Shown here: positions 21,282 to 35,072 of the stretch, one piece after another
Layout of the letters: every line of letters begins with the position of its first letter
How positions within the stretch are numbered: the first letter of the stretch is position 1
Origin: the human T2T-CHM13v2.0 reference genome, Homo sapiens
Strand: one strand, 5' to 3'
Assembly: GCF_009914755.1 (NCBI RefSeq)
Contig: NC_060928.1
Length of the DNA stretch: 64,000 nt
Notes under the pieces: generated by a model
The model's input: the letters and a program-made list of their open reading frames with translations, nothing else
Databases searched by the model: none
Told to the model about the DNA's origin: nothing
Translations under genes and position numbers: made by a program

Positions 21282-23026
21282 TCAATTTCTATTAAAAAAA
21301 AAAAAAAACCTTCTGAAATTTGTATTTGAATAGTACTGAATTTATACACAGATCAAGTTAGAGAAAACTAACATGTTAACGATATTGAATCTTCCAACCC
21401 AAGAACATGGTAAATTTGTCTATTTAGATCTTTAATTTCTCTCCATCAATATTACCTAATTTTCAACATACAGGTTTTATACTTCTGTTAAATGTATTCC
21501 TAAGTGTTATGGTTTTTAATGCTACTGTAAATGGAATTTAGTCCCATTTTCCTATTGTTTGCTGCCATTCAAGAAGCAGAACTCTCTGTCTTTGGTACAA
21601 TTTATCTGGTAAAAGAGGGTAATTTCTACATGGAATTATTATTTCATAAACACATTATAGCCACATTATCTCAAAGTTAACCACTTTTGTTTTTGTTTTT
21701 AACGCAGTAAACATTTCTCCAGTGTCTACTATTATTTGAAAGTACCAAAACAAGGGAGGAGAAACATGGAACCATATAACAAATACTACATAAGCTCACA
21801 ATCTAGTGGAAAAATGAGTAAATCATTTTAATATATGCAGTATATGCTATAACTAGAGAATGTATAAAATATTCAGGAAGTCTTAAAGGATCCAGAGAAG
21901 TTCACCAGAGGCATTCAGATAGAAGAAATACATTTTTCTACTATTGTATACTATCAGTTGTACTGAAAAGATATACAGATCAATTAACAATATTGAGTCT
22001 TCCAACCCAAGAACACAGTAAATGCTGTATAGATGCTATTTACTATTTCCTTTTTAAAAACACCTTTATTAGAATAAGTACTACATGAAACTACTCTTGA
22101 ATATAGTGTAAGTGATCATATTAATATTTACTTTCTTAAATCCATGTACTTTCTTAAAAACAAGATTGCCACAAGAAAGAAATAAGTTTGCTGAGATTTA
22201 AAAGTCTTTATGTTAGAAGAGAGAGTACCTCTTACCAAAATGAGCATGTTTCCTGTTGCTAGATTATGCTGGTAGGTATGCGGTGGCATCTATTTCAACT
22301 TAGATAATAACACAACTCTATAAGCACAAGCTGTTTCCGGTCGAAATTATTAGTCATGAACACCAAAATCTGAATGAGCTCTATCCAATCTCAAACTGCT
22401 TGCTGAGCAATTCCACAAGAGAATTTGATGGGGACAGCCAACTTTAGAGCCTAGAAAGTGATCACGTATTACAAGACGGTGGTTATGGGTACTAGGTAAC
22501 AGCATAAAAGCAGCACTGACCAACTGAAAGGCAAGAGATGATACTGACGCTTTCTTTGTCCTATTGAAATTTTTTTTCTATGACTGGCACTAACTCTGAG
22601 ACATAAATCATATGAATACCTTGCTCAGTTGCAGATTCAGATTTAAACAAGGAGCTAAGTGCCAAGTTTTCATCCCTATGCCAAGTGTTTGAAAAGTAAG
22701 TTAGAAACTGTAAATCTTATGTCTTTTCTACATATATATATCTAAATTTATTCTGTCTTGTATGTAAAGAGTTGTCTCAATATCTATAGAATATTATATT
22801 ATGAACAAAAAAGAATTTCTAGACAGTTTAGAGATGCTTTATCCAAAAGAATCTAAAACATTCACGGACAGGTTTCTGGCTGTCTACTGTGAAACCCCTA
22901 AAAATGTAAAATTCAATATGTGTACTTTTCTAGGTGGAAAGTCCACAGTTTCCAGTTTCTCCATGAGATCCATGAACTAAAATAGCTTTAAAAACACTAT
23001 ATTTAAAAGAAAAGAAAAGAAAAAGA

Positions 23027-23307
<281 letters not shown>

Positions 23308-23309
23308 TA

Positions 23310-23439
23310 GAAAGAAAGGAAGGGAGAGGGGAGGGGAGGGGAGAACAAGAGGAGAGCACAGGAGAGGAGAGGAGAGGAGAGGAGAGGAGAGGAGAGGAGA
23401 GGAGAGGAGAGGAGAGGAAAGGAAAGGAGAGGAGGAAGG
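23310..23439. repeat. (GGAGA)n polypurine microsatellite in place of the Alu tail
   Basis: About 130 nt almost entirely A/G, with a perfect GGAGA run from 23361 to about 23415. Confidence 0.95.
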
Positions 23440-23789
23440 CAAGCAGGCCAAAAAAAAAACCATTATATTAAAGAGTTAAACGTTTTTAAAAAGAAAAAAG
23501 ATGTAAACAATTAAAAATTAGGTAATCTCTGAAAGAGTACAGCAATGAAAGAAAACACAAAGGAAAACCATTTTACTATGTATTTCAAATAAAATCCTAA
23601 AATTAAAAGGTAAGTCAAAAACTAAGGATTTTTTTTTCTACTCTCTCCCCTTCTTGAAAGCGAAATATTTTATGGAAAATACACAACCATATATTACATT
23701 CACAGCAAAGTGTTTTTATAACTCAAGACAGGTGGAGATGTTATAAAGTAGGCATTCTGATTTACTGCTGATATACTTTTCCAAGTCTG

Positions 23790-24330
23790 GACCACGTCAA
23801 TGGATATCAGGATGGAAGGGGTTAGAAGAACTCAAGGTTGCTTGGAAATTAGGCTTAATAAGATATGATTAATGAGTAAATGTACGGGATGGAAGAGAAG
23901 AAAGACTTGAGGATAATACTCAGGTCTCTGGCTTGATCCACTAAATAATTGAGAGTGAATATTAAGATTAAGAACACAGAAGAATTGCTGGTTGGTAGAG
24001 AAAGATGATGAGTTCCATTTTGTACATGTTGGATTTGAGGAATCTGTAGGATATTCAAGAAAAATACAGTTAAATATATGAATCCAAACTATAAAAAAAG
24101 CTAAAGTGAAGATATACTTGGATATTATAAGCATTTTTATAAAAAGTATCTAGATTGCTAATGGAAACGTGTTGAATAAGAAGACAGCCCAGGACAGAAC
24201 TTTGAGAAATCAACAGCTAAGAGACCAGCAGAGTAAAGGAGCACATAAAGGAAATCAATAAAGAAAATCAGAAAGAGGAAGAAAATCAGGAGTGAGATGT
24301 CATAGAACCCAAGGGGCAAAAACAGTTTTG
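23790..24330 (-). mobile_element. L2 fragment
   Basis: gagttccattttgtacatgttggatttgagg and caggtctctggcttga motifs of reverse L2. Confidence 0.7.
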
Positions 24331-24891
24331 GAATTCTTAAAGACAGAGAAGAGAAGGGGGACTAACCTGTATTAAATGTCTACTAGATACAAAGTATTTC
24401 AAACACTTATACTTTAACAAGTATACTCCTCATTTTGAGCATTAGGAACCTATCATTCAGATAGTTTAAATAATTGTCCAAATAAAACTGTAAGTGCTAA
24501 AACAGAATTTTAATTCCAGTATTTCAAAATCCATGTTCATTCCACTGAAACTAACGGAAAGGACTGAGGAAGCACTCAGAAAGATTTGGATGGTCAAGCC
24601 CTGACTTAAATTGTGGTTGATTTCAGCACAACTGACTGCCAAAAGCCAGTTTTATCCTGATGTTATCATAGCACCTCAGCTAGGAAAAATTAAAATGCTA
24701 ATAATTTTTAAAATCCAGATACTTCATAAATTAGTCAGATGTTCTTCAAAAAGGTGGGTAACTGTTGAAAGCAGAGTTACTTACTCATTCAGAGAAGATA
24801 ACAGAACACAGATGTCTTATGCCACAATGGATTGACAATTAGAGCACCTGAGTTCCCAAGAACATTAGCAAATTCAGAAACTCCTGTATAA

Positions 24892-25203
<312 letters not shown>

Positions 25204-27666
25204 TAATAGCTACTGTACCATCAGCCACAGAATAGGTTGCTGAGGGATGCTCCAAGACCAAAGAAACAAAAAGCGCCTATGGGAGTATAATTACTGTGTC
25301 TCCATGCACAATAAAGATTAGCTGGTTGTTCAAAAACCTTTTTTTTTAATGTCATGCCCAAGAACAGTTGGGGAACATCCAAATCCAATCACAATGAATG
25401 GCAGTATTCCCAGGATGGAATAACTAAAATGCAACTGACAGGAAATATAGATCATCAGTAGTATAGTAACCCATCAAGCTAAATGCATAAATGGCATCCA
25501 GCACGTGGGAAATTTTGCTCTGACCAGCATGATCAAGCAAGCAGGTATATTTCTGTGGAAATGGCATCTGAGCCATCACAGAACAATACTCTGACAATAT
25601 CATTCAACTACACTCCCCTTGCTTGTGTTGCATGATTAGACAACTGTCTGGTTAAAATTTAGGCTGTTGTAGAAAACCAAGGTCTGAGTATGCATATGTT
25701 CTCTCAAACTCTCTTCCCTTTAACCTCAGCTTTCTTGAGGCCACTAAGTTTTGTCAAAATCAATTGATTTTCTTATGTCATAATGCCAGACACAGAGCAA
25801 GGCAAGGAAAATAAAAAATAAAGACGACCTTCAATCGAAACACACAATCCAATGGAAACAAGTAAAGCCTAAAAAGGTATTTTTCTCCCCACAAGCCAAT
25901 GCACCTTCTCTCTTTGGTAAGCAGTGGTAAAAATGTCATAGAATAGTATGCAATACTCTTCATATCAAAGAAACCCAGCCACTATAACAACCACACAGAA
26001 GTCACTATCAAGAGAATGAGTATCAGCTGTAATTCCCCAAACTGAAGTATAAACATTAATATAAGAAATAACTCTAATGGAGGAGAGGACAAGGAAAACT
26101 TCTTGGATGATATGGTATTTGAGAGTAGCCTTGAAAACTAAGATTTCAATAAGCAAGAAAAGCTCTGTCAGGAAAGAAGGGTCTCCAAGGTTGAAGAAAC
26201 ATTGATTTAGTAAGTCAACAAATATTTATTGTGCAAGTATGTGTAGATCACTGTGTTCAGCACTTTGAGTTACCATGAACCAGACTCTAAGGCTTATATT
26301 TCATTGGTCAGCTTTCAGTCACATAGCCACACTTAGCTTTAAGGCAGTTTGGGACATGTTTTTTGTTTTTGTTTTGGTATCCATGTATCAAACTAAAACT
26401 TTGCAGATGACATGACTGTATATTTAGAAACCCCATCATCTCAGCCCCCAATCTCCTTAAGCTGACTTCAGCAACTTCAGCAAAGTCTCAGGATACAAAA
26501 TCAATGTGCAAAAATCATAAGCATTCCTATACACCAATAATAGACAAACAGCCAAATCATGAGTGAACTCCCATTCACAATTACTACAAAGAGAATAAAA
26601 TACCTAGGAATACAACTTACAATGAACGTGAAGGACCTCTTCAAGGAGAACTACAAACCACTGCTCAACAAAATAAAAGAGGACACAAACAAATGTAAAA
26701 ACATTCCATTCTCATGAAGAATCAATATCGTGAAAATGGCCATACTGCCCAAGGTAATTTATAGATTTAATGCTATCCCCATCAAGCTACCACTGACTTA
26801 CTTCACAGAATTAGAAAAAACTACTTTAAACTTCATATGGAACCAAAAAAGAGCCCACATAGCCAAGACAATCCTAAGCAAAAAGAACAAAGCTGGAGGC
26901 ATCATACTACCTGACTTCAAACTATACTACAAGGCTACAGTAACCAAAACAGCATGGTACTGGTACCAAAACAGATATATAGACCAATGGAACAGAACAG
27001 AGGCCTCAGAAATAACACCACACATCTACAACCATCTGATCTTTGACAAACCTGACAAAAACAAGCAACGAGGAAAGGATTCCCTATTTAATAAATTGTG
27101 CTGGGAAAACTGGCTAGCCATATGTAGAAAGCTGAAACTGGATCCTTTCCTTACACCGTATACAAAAATTAACTCAAGATGGATTAAAGACTTGAATATA
27201 AAACCTAACACCATAAAAACCCTAGAAGAAAACCTAGGCAATACCATTCAGGACATAGACATGGGCAAAGAATTCATGACTGGAACACCAAAAGCAATGG
27301 CAACAAAAGCCAAAATAGACAAATGGGATCTAATTAAAGAGCTTCTGCACAGCAAAAGAAACTATCATCAGAGTGAACAGGCAACCTACAGAATGGGAGA
27401 AAATATCTGCAATCTACCCATCTGACAAAGGGCTAATATCCAGAATCTACAAAGAACTTAAACAAATTTAGAAGAAAAAAACAACCATATCAGAAAGTGG
27501 GCAAAGGATATTAACAGACACTTCTCAAAAGAAGACATTTATGCAGCCAACAAACATACGAAAAAAATGTTCATCATCACTGGTCATCAGAGAAATGCAA
27601 ATCAAAACCACAATGAAATACCATCTCATGCCAGTTAGAATGGCGATCATTAAAAAGTCAGGAAAC

Positions 27667-28019
<353 letters not shown>

Positions 28020-28161
28020 TTACACTGTTGGTGGGTGTGTAAATTCCTTCAACCATTGTGGAAGACAATGTGGCGACTCAAGGATCTAGAACCAGAAATT
28101 CCATTTGACCCAGCAATCCCATTACATTATACCCAAAGGATTATAAATCATGCTACTACAG

Positions 28162-28453
28162 GGCCGGGCACAGTGGCTCACGCCTGTAATCCCAGCACTT
28201 TGGGAGGCCGAGGCGGGCGGATCACAAGGTCAGGAGATCAAGACCATCCTGGCTAACACGATGAAACCCAGTGCCTACTAAAAATACAAAAAACTAGCCG
28301 GGTGTGGTGGCAGGTACCTGTAGTCCCAGCTACTCAGGAGGCTGAGGCAGGAGAATGGCAACCCGGGAGGCCGAGCTTGCAGCGAGTCCAGATTGCGCCA
28401 CTGCACTCCAGCCTGGGCAATGGAGCAAAACTCCATCTAAAAAAAAAAAAAAA
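28162..28453 (+). mobile_element. AluY
   Basis: Y diagnostics; TSD aaatca(t/c)gctacta. Confidence 0.92.
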
Positions 28454-29719
28454 TCACGCTACTATAAAGACACATGCACACATATGTTTATTGCGGCACT
28501 GTTCACAGTAGCAAAGACTTGGACCCAACCCAAATGTCCATCAATGATAGAGTAGATTAAGAAAATGTGGCACATATACACCATGTAATACTATGCAGCC
28601 ATAAAAAAGGATGAGTTCATGTCCTTTGCAGGGACATTGATGAAGCTGGAAACCATCATTCTAAGCAAACTATTACAAGGACAGCAAACCAAACACCGCA
28701 TGTTCTCACTCATAGGTGGGAGTTGAACAATGAGAATACATGGACACAGGGCGGGGAACATTACACATCGGGGCCTGTCAGGGGGTTGGGGGCTGGGGAA
28801 AGGATAGCATTAGGAGAAATACCTAATGTAAATGACGAGTTGATGCGTCCAGCAAACCAACATGGCACATGTATACCTATGTAACAAATCTGCACATTGT
28901 GCACATGTACCCTAGAACTTAAAGTATAATTTTAAAAAAACAGGGAGTTCTATTATTATGAAGGAAAGGAATAATGGACCTTGGAAAACAACCAGCAGTC
29001 TCTGCTACCTAGGAAACAGGTCATTGAAAACAGAAATAAGCCAAAAGAAATTTCTAGGATGGTGGTGAAGGAAAGTCCCACTTTAAAAATTGTGCAGCAC
29101 ACTAAAAGCCATTCAGTCTGTACTGGAGCAGGTGGATGGGGAGTAGGCAAGAGGGGGTACTAAAAAGTGTATCTCAAACAAACAAAAACTGATAGACCAT
29201 GGTATTGAGAGAAATTCTAGAGTGCTGTTGAGTTTGAAGACAGAATAATAATAGACACATTTCAAACTACACAAATATAAAACAAAGCAATTATTAATGC
29301 CAGGAAATCTCCAAAAATGAGTATGGGAGGAAACATGATTACAGGATACTCCATGCCTCAACTGTTGTGGTAGCTCATCTCCAAAGACGGCCCTCAACAC
29401 TACCTGATCTTTATACTCTCTTCTAACCACCTCACTCTCTCACTTTCCATAATGACAAATTCAAACCTCCTCTACTCTCCTCAAACACTAGTGCCTTTCC
29501 TTTGCCACACCAAAAGCCAGCCAAGTAATTTCTTAGAGAAAATAAAAGTCATCATTTGAGGTTGGTAATCGTGAATTTAGCATAAAACCAAACTGCCCTT
29601 TTTTATGACTTTCTAACATAGCCCTTATATTTTCTACAGGAACAAAATCAAAAGTTTATCATGTAAATTATGGTTTTACCAAACAAGTGTAATAAAAATG
29701 CAAGGGAGAAAAGGTTTGT

Positions 29720-30750
29720 AGGGCATTGCCAAAGTGTGTTACTGACTAACATGCTATCATCAGTAGAGTGGATCATGATGTTTCACTGAACGTCCAGGCA
29801 ATCAAGGTCCCTTTGGACTATACTGTGACAGAGGGCAGAAGAGTTGATACAGCCCTAGGGCACAACCATAAATGTATACTTTTGTCAATTCCAAGTGAAT
29901 GTGAACTCCTTCTGATTCTCTTTCCTGTCAGGCAGGAACTGAAAGAATGCACTCTCCATGTCAATAGTTGCTTATGAAGTACCACAGGCTGTGTTCATCT
30001 CATCTAGTCAAGATACCGTTTCTGGTATAGCAGCTGTGGCCAGGAAATTGCTTGATTGAATGTACTGTAATAGTTTACCATCACCTAGCACATTCCATCA
30101 GTCCTTTGCAAGGACAGTCTCATTAATTAAGTAGGAATATGATAGGAATCACCACACTTCAGCCATTAAGTCACTGAGACTGACATTAATCTCTGCCATT
30201 CTACCAGGATATAGTATTATTTCCGATTTACTATCTTGCAGAGAAAGAGAAGGGTCAGTGGTTTCTATTTGTCTTTTCCTACCATGATAATTCTCTCTCC
30301 ATAAGTCAAAGAACCAGTGTGATGGTTCTGCCTGTTATTAAATATGTCCATGCTGATTATGCATTCAGGAAGTGGGAAAATGACCACAGAGTATGTCTAG
30401 GGACACAGTGGACCGAAGTGTAAAACAGATTTGGGCCAGCACTCCATTCATTACCCCATCTCCACATGCTCCCATTAACATCAGAGCCACTGTGGTGTTT
30501 TGGGTACCCAAGCAACAATGTTAGCTTGACTGTATTCCCAAGAATCTTTGAAACACCTGGTTAGATTCCTTTCTCCAGTGTACTGTTACTTGGACAAGTG
30601 AGCATAGATTCCTTTGAGAAAGGTTGGACAGCTGCTCTGTGTACATTTGCTGTATTATTGCAGGGTTCTTCATGAAGGAGACCCTTCAATTGATTAGGTC
30701 TGGATCAGAGAACTGGTCCAAGTCTGGGAACTGAGCAAAAGATCATAATT
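29720..30750 (-). mobile_element. ERVL-class internal remnant (protease and RT), stop-disrupted
   Basis: Minus translation ...TIDMESAFF...KENQKEFTFTWN*QKYTFMVVP*GCINSSALCHSIVQRDLDCLD...IHSTDDSML matches ERVL RT with a degenerate YIDD box. Confidence 0.85.
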
Positions 30751-30757
30751 TTTCATT

Positions 30758-31140
30758 ACGGTAAACAGAATGATCCCCCTAGAGATGCCTATTCTCTAAT
30801 CCTTGGATCCTGTGAATTTTACGTGACATGGCTCATGGGATTTTGCAAATATAACTAAGGTTATACACTTCAAAATATAGATTATCCTGGATAATCTGGC
30901 TAGACCCAGTATAATCACATGAACCCTTAAAAGCAAAGAAATTTTTTCTAGCTGGTCAGAAAACAGCAGCAGAAGGATAGAGTTCAACAGATTCAAAGCA
31001 TGAGTGGGACTCAACCTGCCACTGCTAGTGGACTGAGCCTCCATGTTGCCCATGGAAACATGAGAAGGAATGCAGGCAGCCTCTAGAAGCAAAGACTGGC
31101 TGCCGGCTAACAGCAACAACAACAAAAACGGACCTCTCAT
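30758..31140 (+). mobile_element. MLT1D/E-like MaLR LTR (partial)
   Basis: gattttgcaaatataactaagg...gattatcctggataatct...aatcacatgaacccttaaaagc...gcaggcagcctctagaagc. Confidence 0.75.
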
Positions 31141-31169
31141 ATTTAAGAGATCCCGCTGATCTACATACT

Positions 31170-31335
31170 CTTCAACTTTGCAACTGAAATTGTAGTCCAC
31201 AGACCAGTGGAATCAGCATCACTTGGAAATCTGTTAGAAATACAGCATCTCAGGCCCCACTCCAAATCTACTAAATCAAATGATGCATTTAAAAAAAGAT
31301 TCATAGGTAATTCCTGCTGATGTTGGAGAAGGCCT
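31170..31335. mobile_element. MER5-like MITE
   Basis: tcagcatcacttggaaatctgttagaaatacagcatctcaggccccactccaaatctactaaatca. Confidence 0.75.
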
Positions 31336-32696
31336 GCCCTATATCAATTGATATTATCAGACTTATTAATTTTTGCCACTCAAATGTCAACGAAATTTCA
31401 TGTGGTCTTGATTTGCATATCTCTAGTGTGAACACAGGTTCAACACATGCTGGCTATGTGTTTCCTCTTCTATGAAACGCCTGTTTTTTATCTTTTGCCC
31501 ATTTTCCTAACGGGTTATCCTTATTGATTTATTGTTGCATTATATATTCTTGATACTGACTCTTTATTAGTTATCTATATTGCATAAACTTTTTATCAGT
31601 TTGTAATCAGTCTTTGCTATCTTTAAGGGATTTTTTTGATAAATAAAAGGACTTAATTTTAATATAGTCAATTTGACCAAACTTTTCTTTTTTATGTTTA
31701 AGAATTCCCGCCACACCCCAGAATCAGAAAAATATTCACTTCCATATGTTCTACCAAGCATTTTATTTTGATATTTAAGTACTTTTTTCCATCTGGAATT
31801 TACCTTTGTGTATCATGTGAAGAACCAATTTCAATTTCTTCCCTACCTGATTTTTGTTTTATGTCCTCATCAATCCACAAAAGAACATTTTTTTTGAATA
31901 GACTATTTTTTTCAAATTATTATTATTTCAATTTTTTAAGGAACAGGTGGTATTTGGTTACATGGATAAGTTATTTAGGTGTGATTTCTGAGATTTTGAT
32001 GTATCCATCACCTGAGCAGTGTACACTGCACCCAGTGTGTAGTCTTTTGTCCCTCACCCCCCTCCCACCCTTCCCTGCAAGGCCCCAGAGTCCATTATGT
32101 CATTCCTAATGCCTTTGCTCCCACTCATAAGTGAGAACATATGATGTTTGGTTTTCCATTCCTGAGTTACTTCACTTAGACTAACAATCTCCAGCTTTAT
32201 CCAGGTTGCTGCGAATGCTGTTATTTCATTCCTTTTTATGGCTGAGTAGTAGTCCATGATATATATATATATATACCACATTTTCTTCATCTACTCGTTG
32301 GTTGATGGGCATTTAGGCTGGTTCCAGATTTTTGCAATTGTGAATTGTGCTGCTATAAACATGCGTGTGCATGTGTCTTTTTCATAAAATGACTTCTTTT
32401 CCTCTGGGTAGATACCCAGGAGCGGGATTGCTGGATCAAATGGTAGCTTTTGGTTCTTTAAAGAATCTCCATACTGTTTTCCATAGTGGTTGTACTAGTT
32501 TACATTCCCACCAGCAGTGTAAAACTGTTTCCTTTTCACCATATCTATGCCAACATCTATTATTTTTTTATTTTTTAATTATGGCCATTCTTGTAGGAAT
32601 AAGGTGGTATCACATTGTGGTTTCGATTTGCATTTCCCTGATAATTAGTGATGTTGAGCATTTTTTCATATGTTTCTTGGCCACTTGTATATCTTA

Positions 32697-33009
32697 TTTT
32701 TTATCTTTTTTGAGACAGGGTCTCACTTTGTCACCCAGGCTGGAGTGCAGTGGTGCAACCCTGGCTCACTGCAACCTCTGCTTCCCAGGTTCAAGCAATC
32801 CTCCCAACCTCAGCCTCCCGAGTAGCTGGGATCACAGGCACACACCACCATGCCCAGCTCATTTTTTTTTTTTTTTTTTTTTTTGTATTTTTAGTAGAGA
32901 CAGGGTTTCACCATGTTGGCCCTGGTCTCGAACTCCTGACCTCAAGCGATCCACCAGCCTTGGCCTCCCAAAGTGCTGGGATTAGAGGCATGGGCCACTG
33001 CACCTGGCC
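32697..33009 (-). mobile_element. AluS/J inside L1PB
   Basis: Reverse Alu with long T linker. Confidence 0.9.
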
Positions 33010-34718
33010 CATTTGTGTATCTTCTTGTGATAATTGTCTACTCATGTCCTCAGCCCACTTTATGATAGGATTATTTGTTTTTTTCTTGCTGATTTGAGTT
33101 CCTGTAGATTCTAAATATTAGCCCTTTGTCAGATGGATAGTTTCTGAATATTTTCTCCCACTCTGTGAGTTGTTTACGCTGCTGATTATTTCTTTTGCTG
33201 TGCAGAAGCTTTTTAGTTTAATTAAATCCCATCTATTTATCTTTGTTTTTGTTGCATTTGCATTTTGGTCCTTGGCCATGAACTCTTTAGGCCAAGGTCT
33301 ACATGAGTTTTTCCAGTGTTATCTTCTAGAACTTTTATGGTTTTGGGTCTTAGATTTAAGTCTTTGATTCATCTTGAATTGATTTTTGTATAAGGTGAGA
33401 GATGAGAACCCAGTTTCATTCTTCCACATGTGGCTTGCCAATTATCTCAGCACCATTTGTTGAATAGGGTGTGCTTTCCCCCACTTTATGTTTTCATTTG
33501 CTTTGTCAAAGATCAGTTGGCTATTAAGTATCTGGCTTTATTTCTGGCTTCTCTATTCTGTTCCATTGGTCTATATTTATACCAGTATCATGCTATTTGA
33601 TAAGTATAGCCTGTAGTATAGTTTGAAGTCGGGTAATGTGATGCCTCCAGATTTGTTCTTTTTGCTTAGTCTTGTTTTGACTATGCAGGCTCTTTTTCGG
33701 TTCCACATGAATTTTAGGATTGCTTTTTCTAGTTCTGTAAAGAATGGTGATGATATTATGGCAGGAATTGCATTGAACTTATAGATTGCTTTTGGCAATA
33801 TGGTCATTTTCACAATATTGATTCTACACAGCCATGAGCATGGGATGTGTTTCCATTCGTTTGTGTCATCTATGATTTCTTTCAGCAGTGTTTTGTAGTT
33901 TTCCTTGTAGAGATCTTATACTTCCTTGGTTAGGTATATTCCTAAATATTTTATTTTCTTTGCAGCTGTTGTAAAAGGGGTTAAGTTCTTGATTTGATTC
34001 TCAGCTTGGTTGCTGTTGGTGTATAGCAGTGATATTTATTTGTATATACTGATTTTGTATCCTGAAACTTTACTGAGTTCATTATCAGATCTAGAAGCTT
34101 TCCAAATGAGTCTTTAGGGTTTTCTAGGTATACGATCATATCATCAGCAAACGGTGACAGTTTGACTTCCTCTTTACCAATGTGGATGCCCTTTCTTTCT
34201 CTTGTCTGATTGCTCTGGCTAGGACTCCTAGTACTGTGTTGAATAGAAGTAGTGAAAGTGGGCATCCTTGTCTTGTTTCAGTTCTTAAAGGAAATACTTT
34301 AAACGCTTCCCCATTCAGTATAATGTTGGTTGTGAGCTTGTCATAGATGGCTTTTATTACCTTAAGGTATGTTCCTTCTGTACCGATTTTGCTGAGGGTT
34401 TTACTCATAAAAAGCTGCTGGATTTTGTCAAATGCTTTTTCTGCATCTATTGGGATGATCATTATCTTTGTTTTTACTTCTGTTTATGTGGTGTATTGCA
34501 TCTATTGGCTTGTGTATGTTACACCAACCTTGCGTCCCCATCATGAAATACACTTGATCATGGTGCATTATCCTTAATATATTGTTGAATTCAGTTAGCT
34601 AGTATTTTGTTGTGGAGTTTTGCATCTATGTTTATTGGGGATATTGATATGTAGTTTTTTTGTTGTTTTTGTTATGTTCCTTCCTAGTTTTGGTATATGG
34701 GTAATACTGGCTTCATAG

Positions 34719-35072
<354 letters not shown>

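Noticed and set aside
24630-24660. aaaagccagt as the end of a Y-RNA pseudogene
   Set aside because: The match does not extend beyond about 10 nt
26730-27425. Longest ORF (231 aa) as a functional gene
   Set aside because: Internal L1 ORF2 fragment of a 5'-truncated element, frameshifted at its end
32365-33097. 206-aa and 115-aa ORFs
   Set aside because: Antisense L1 plus Alu translations with typical Alu-derived peptides
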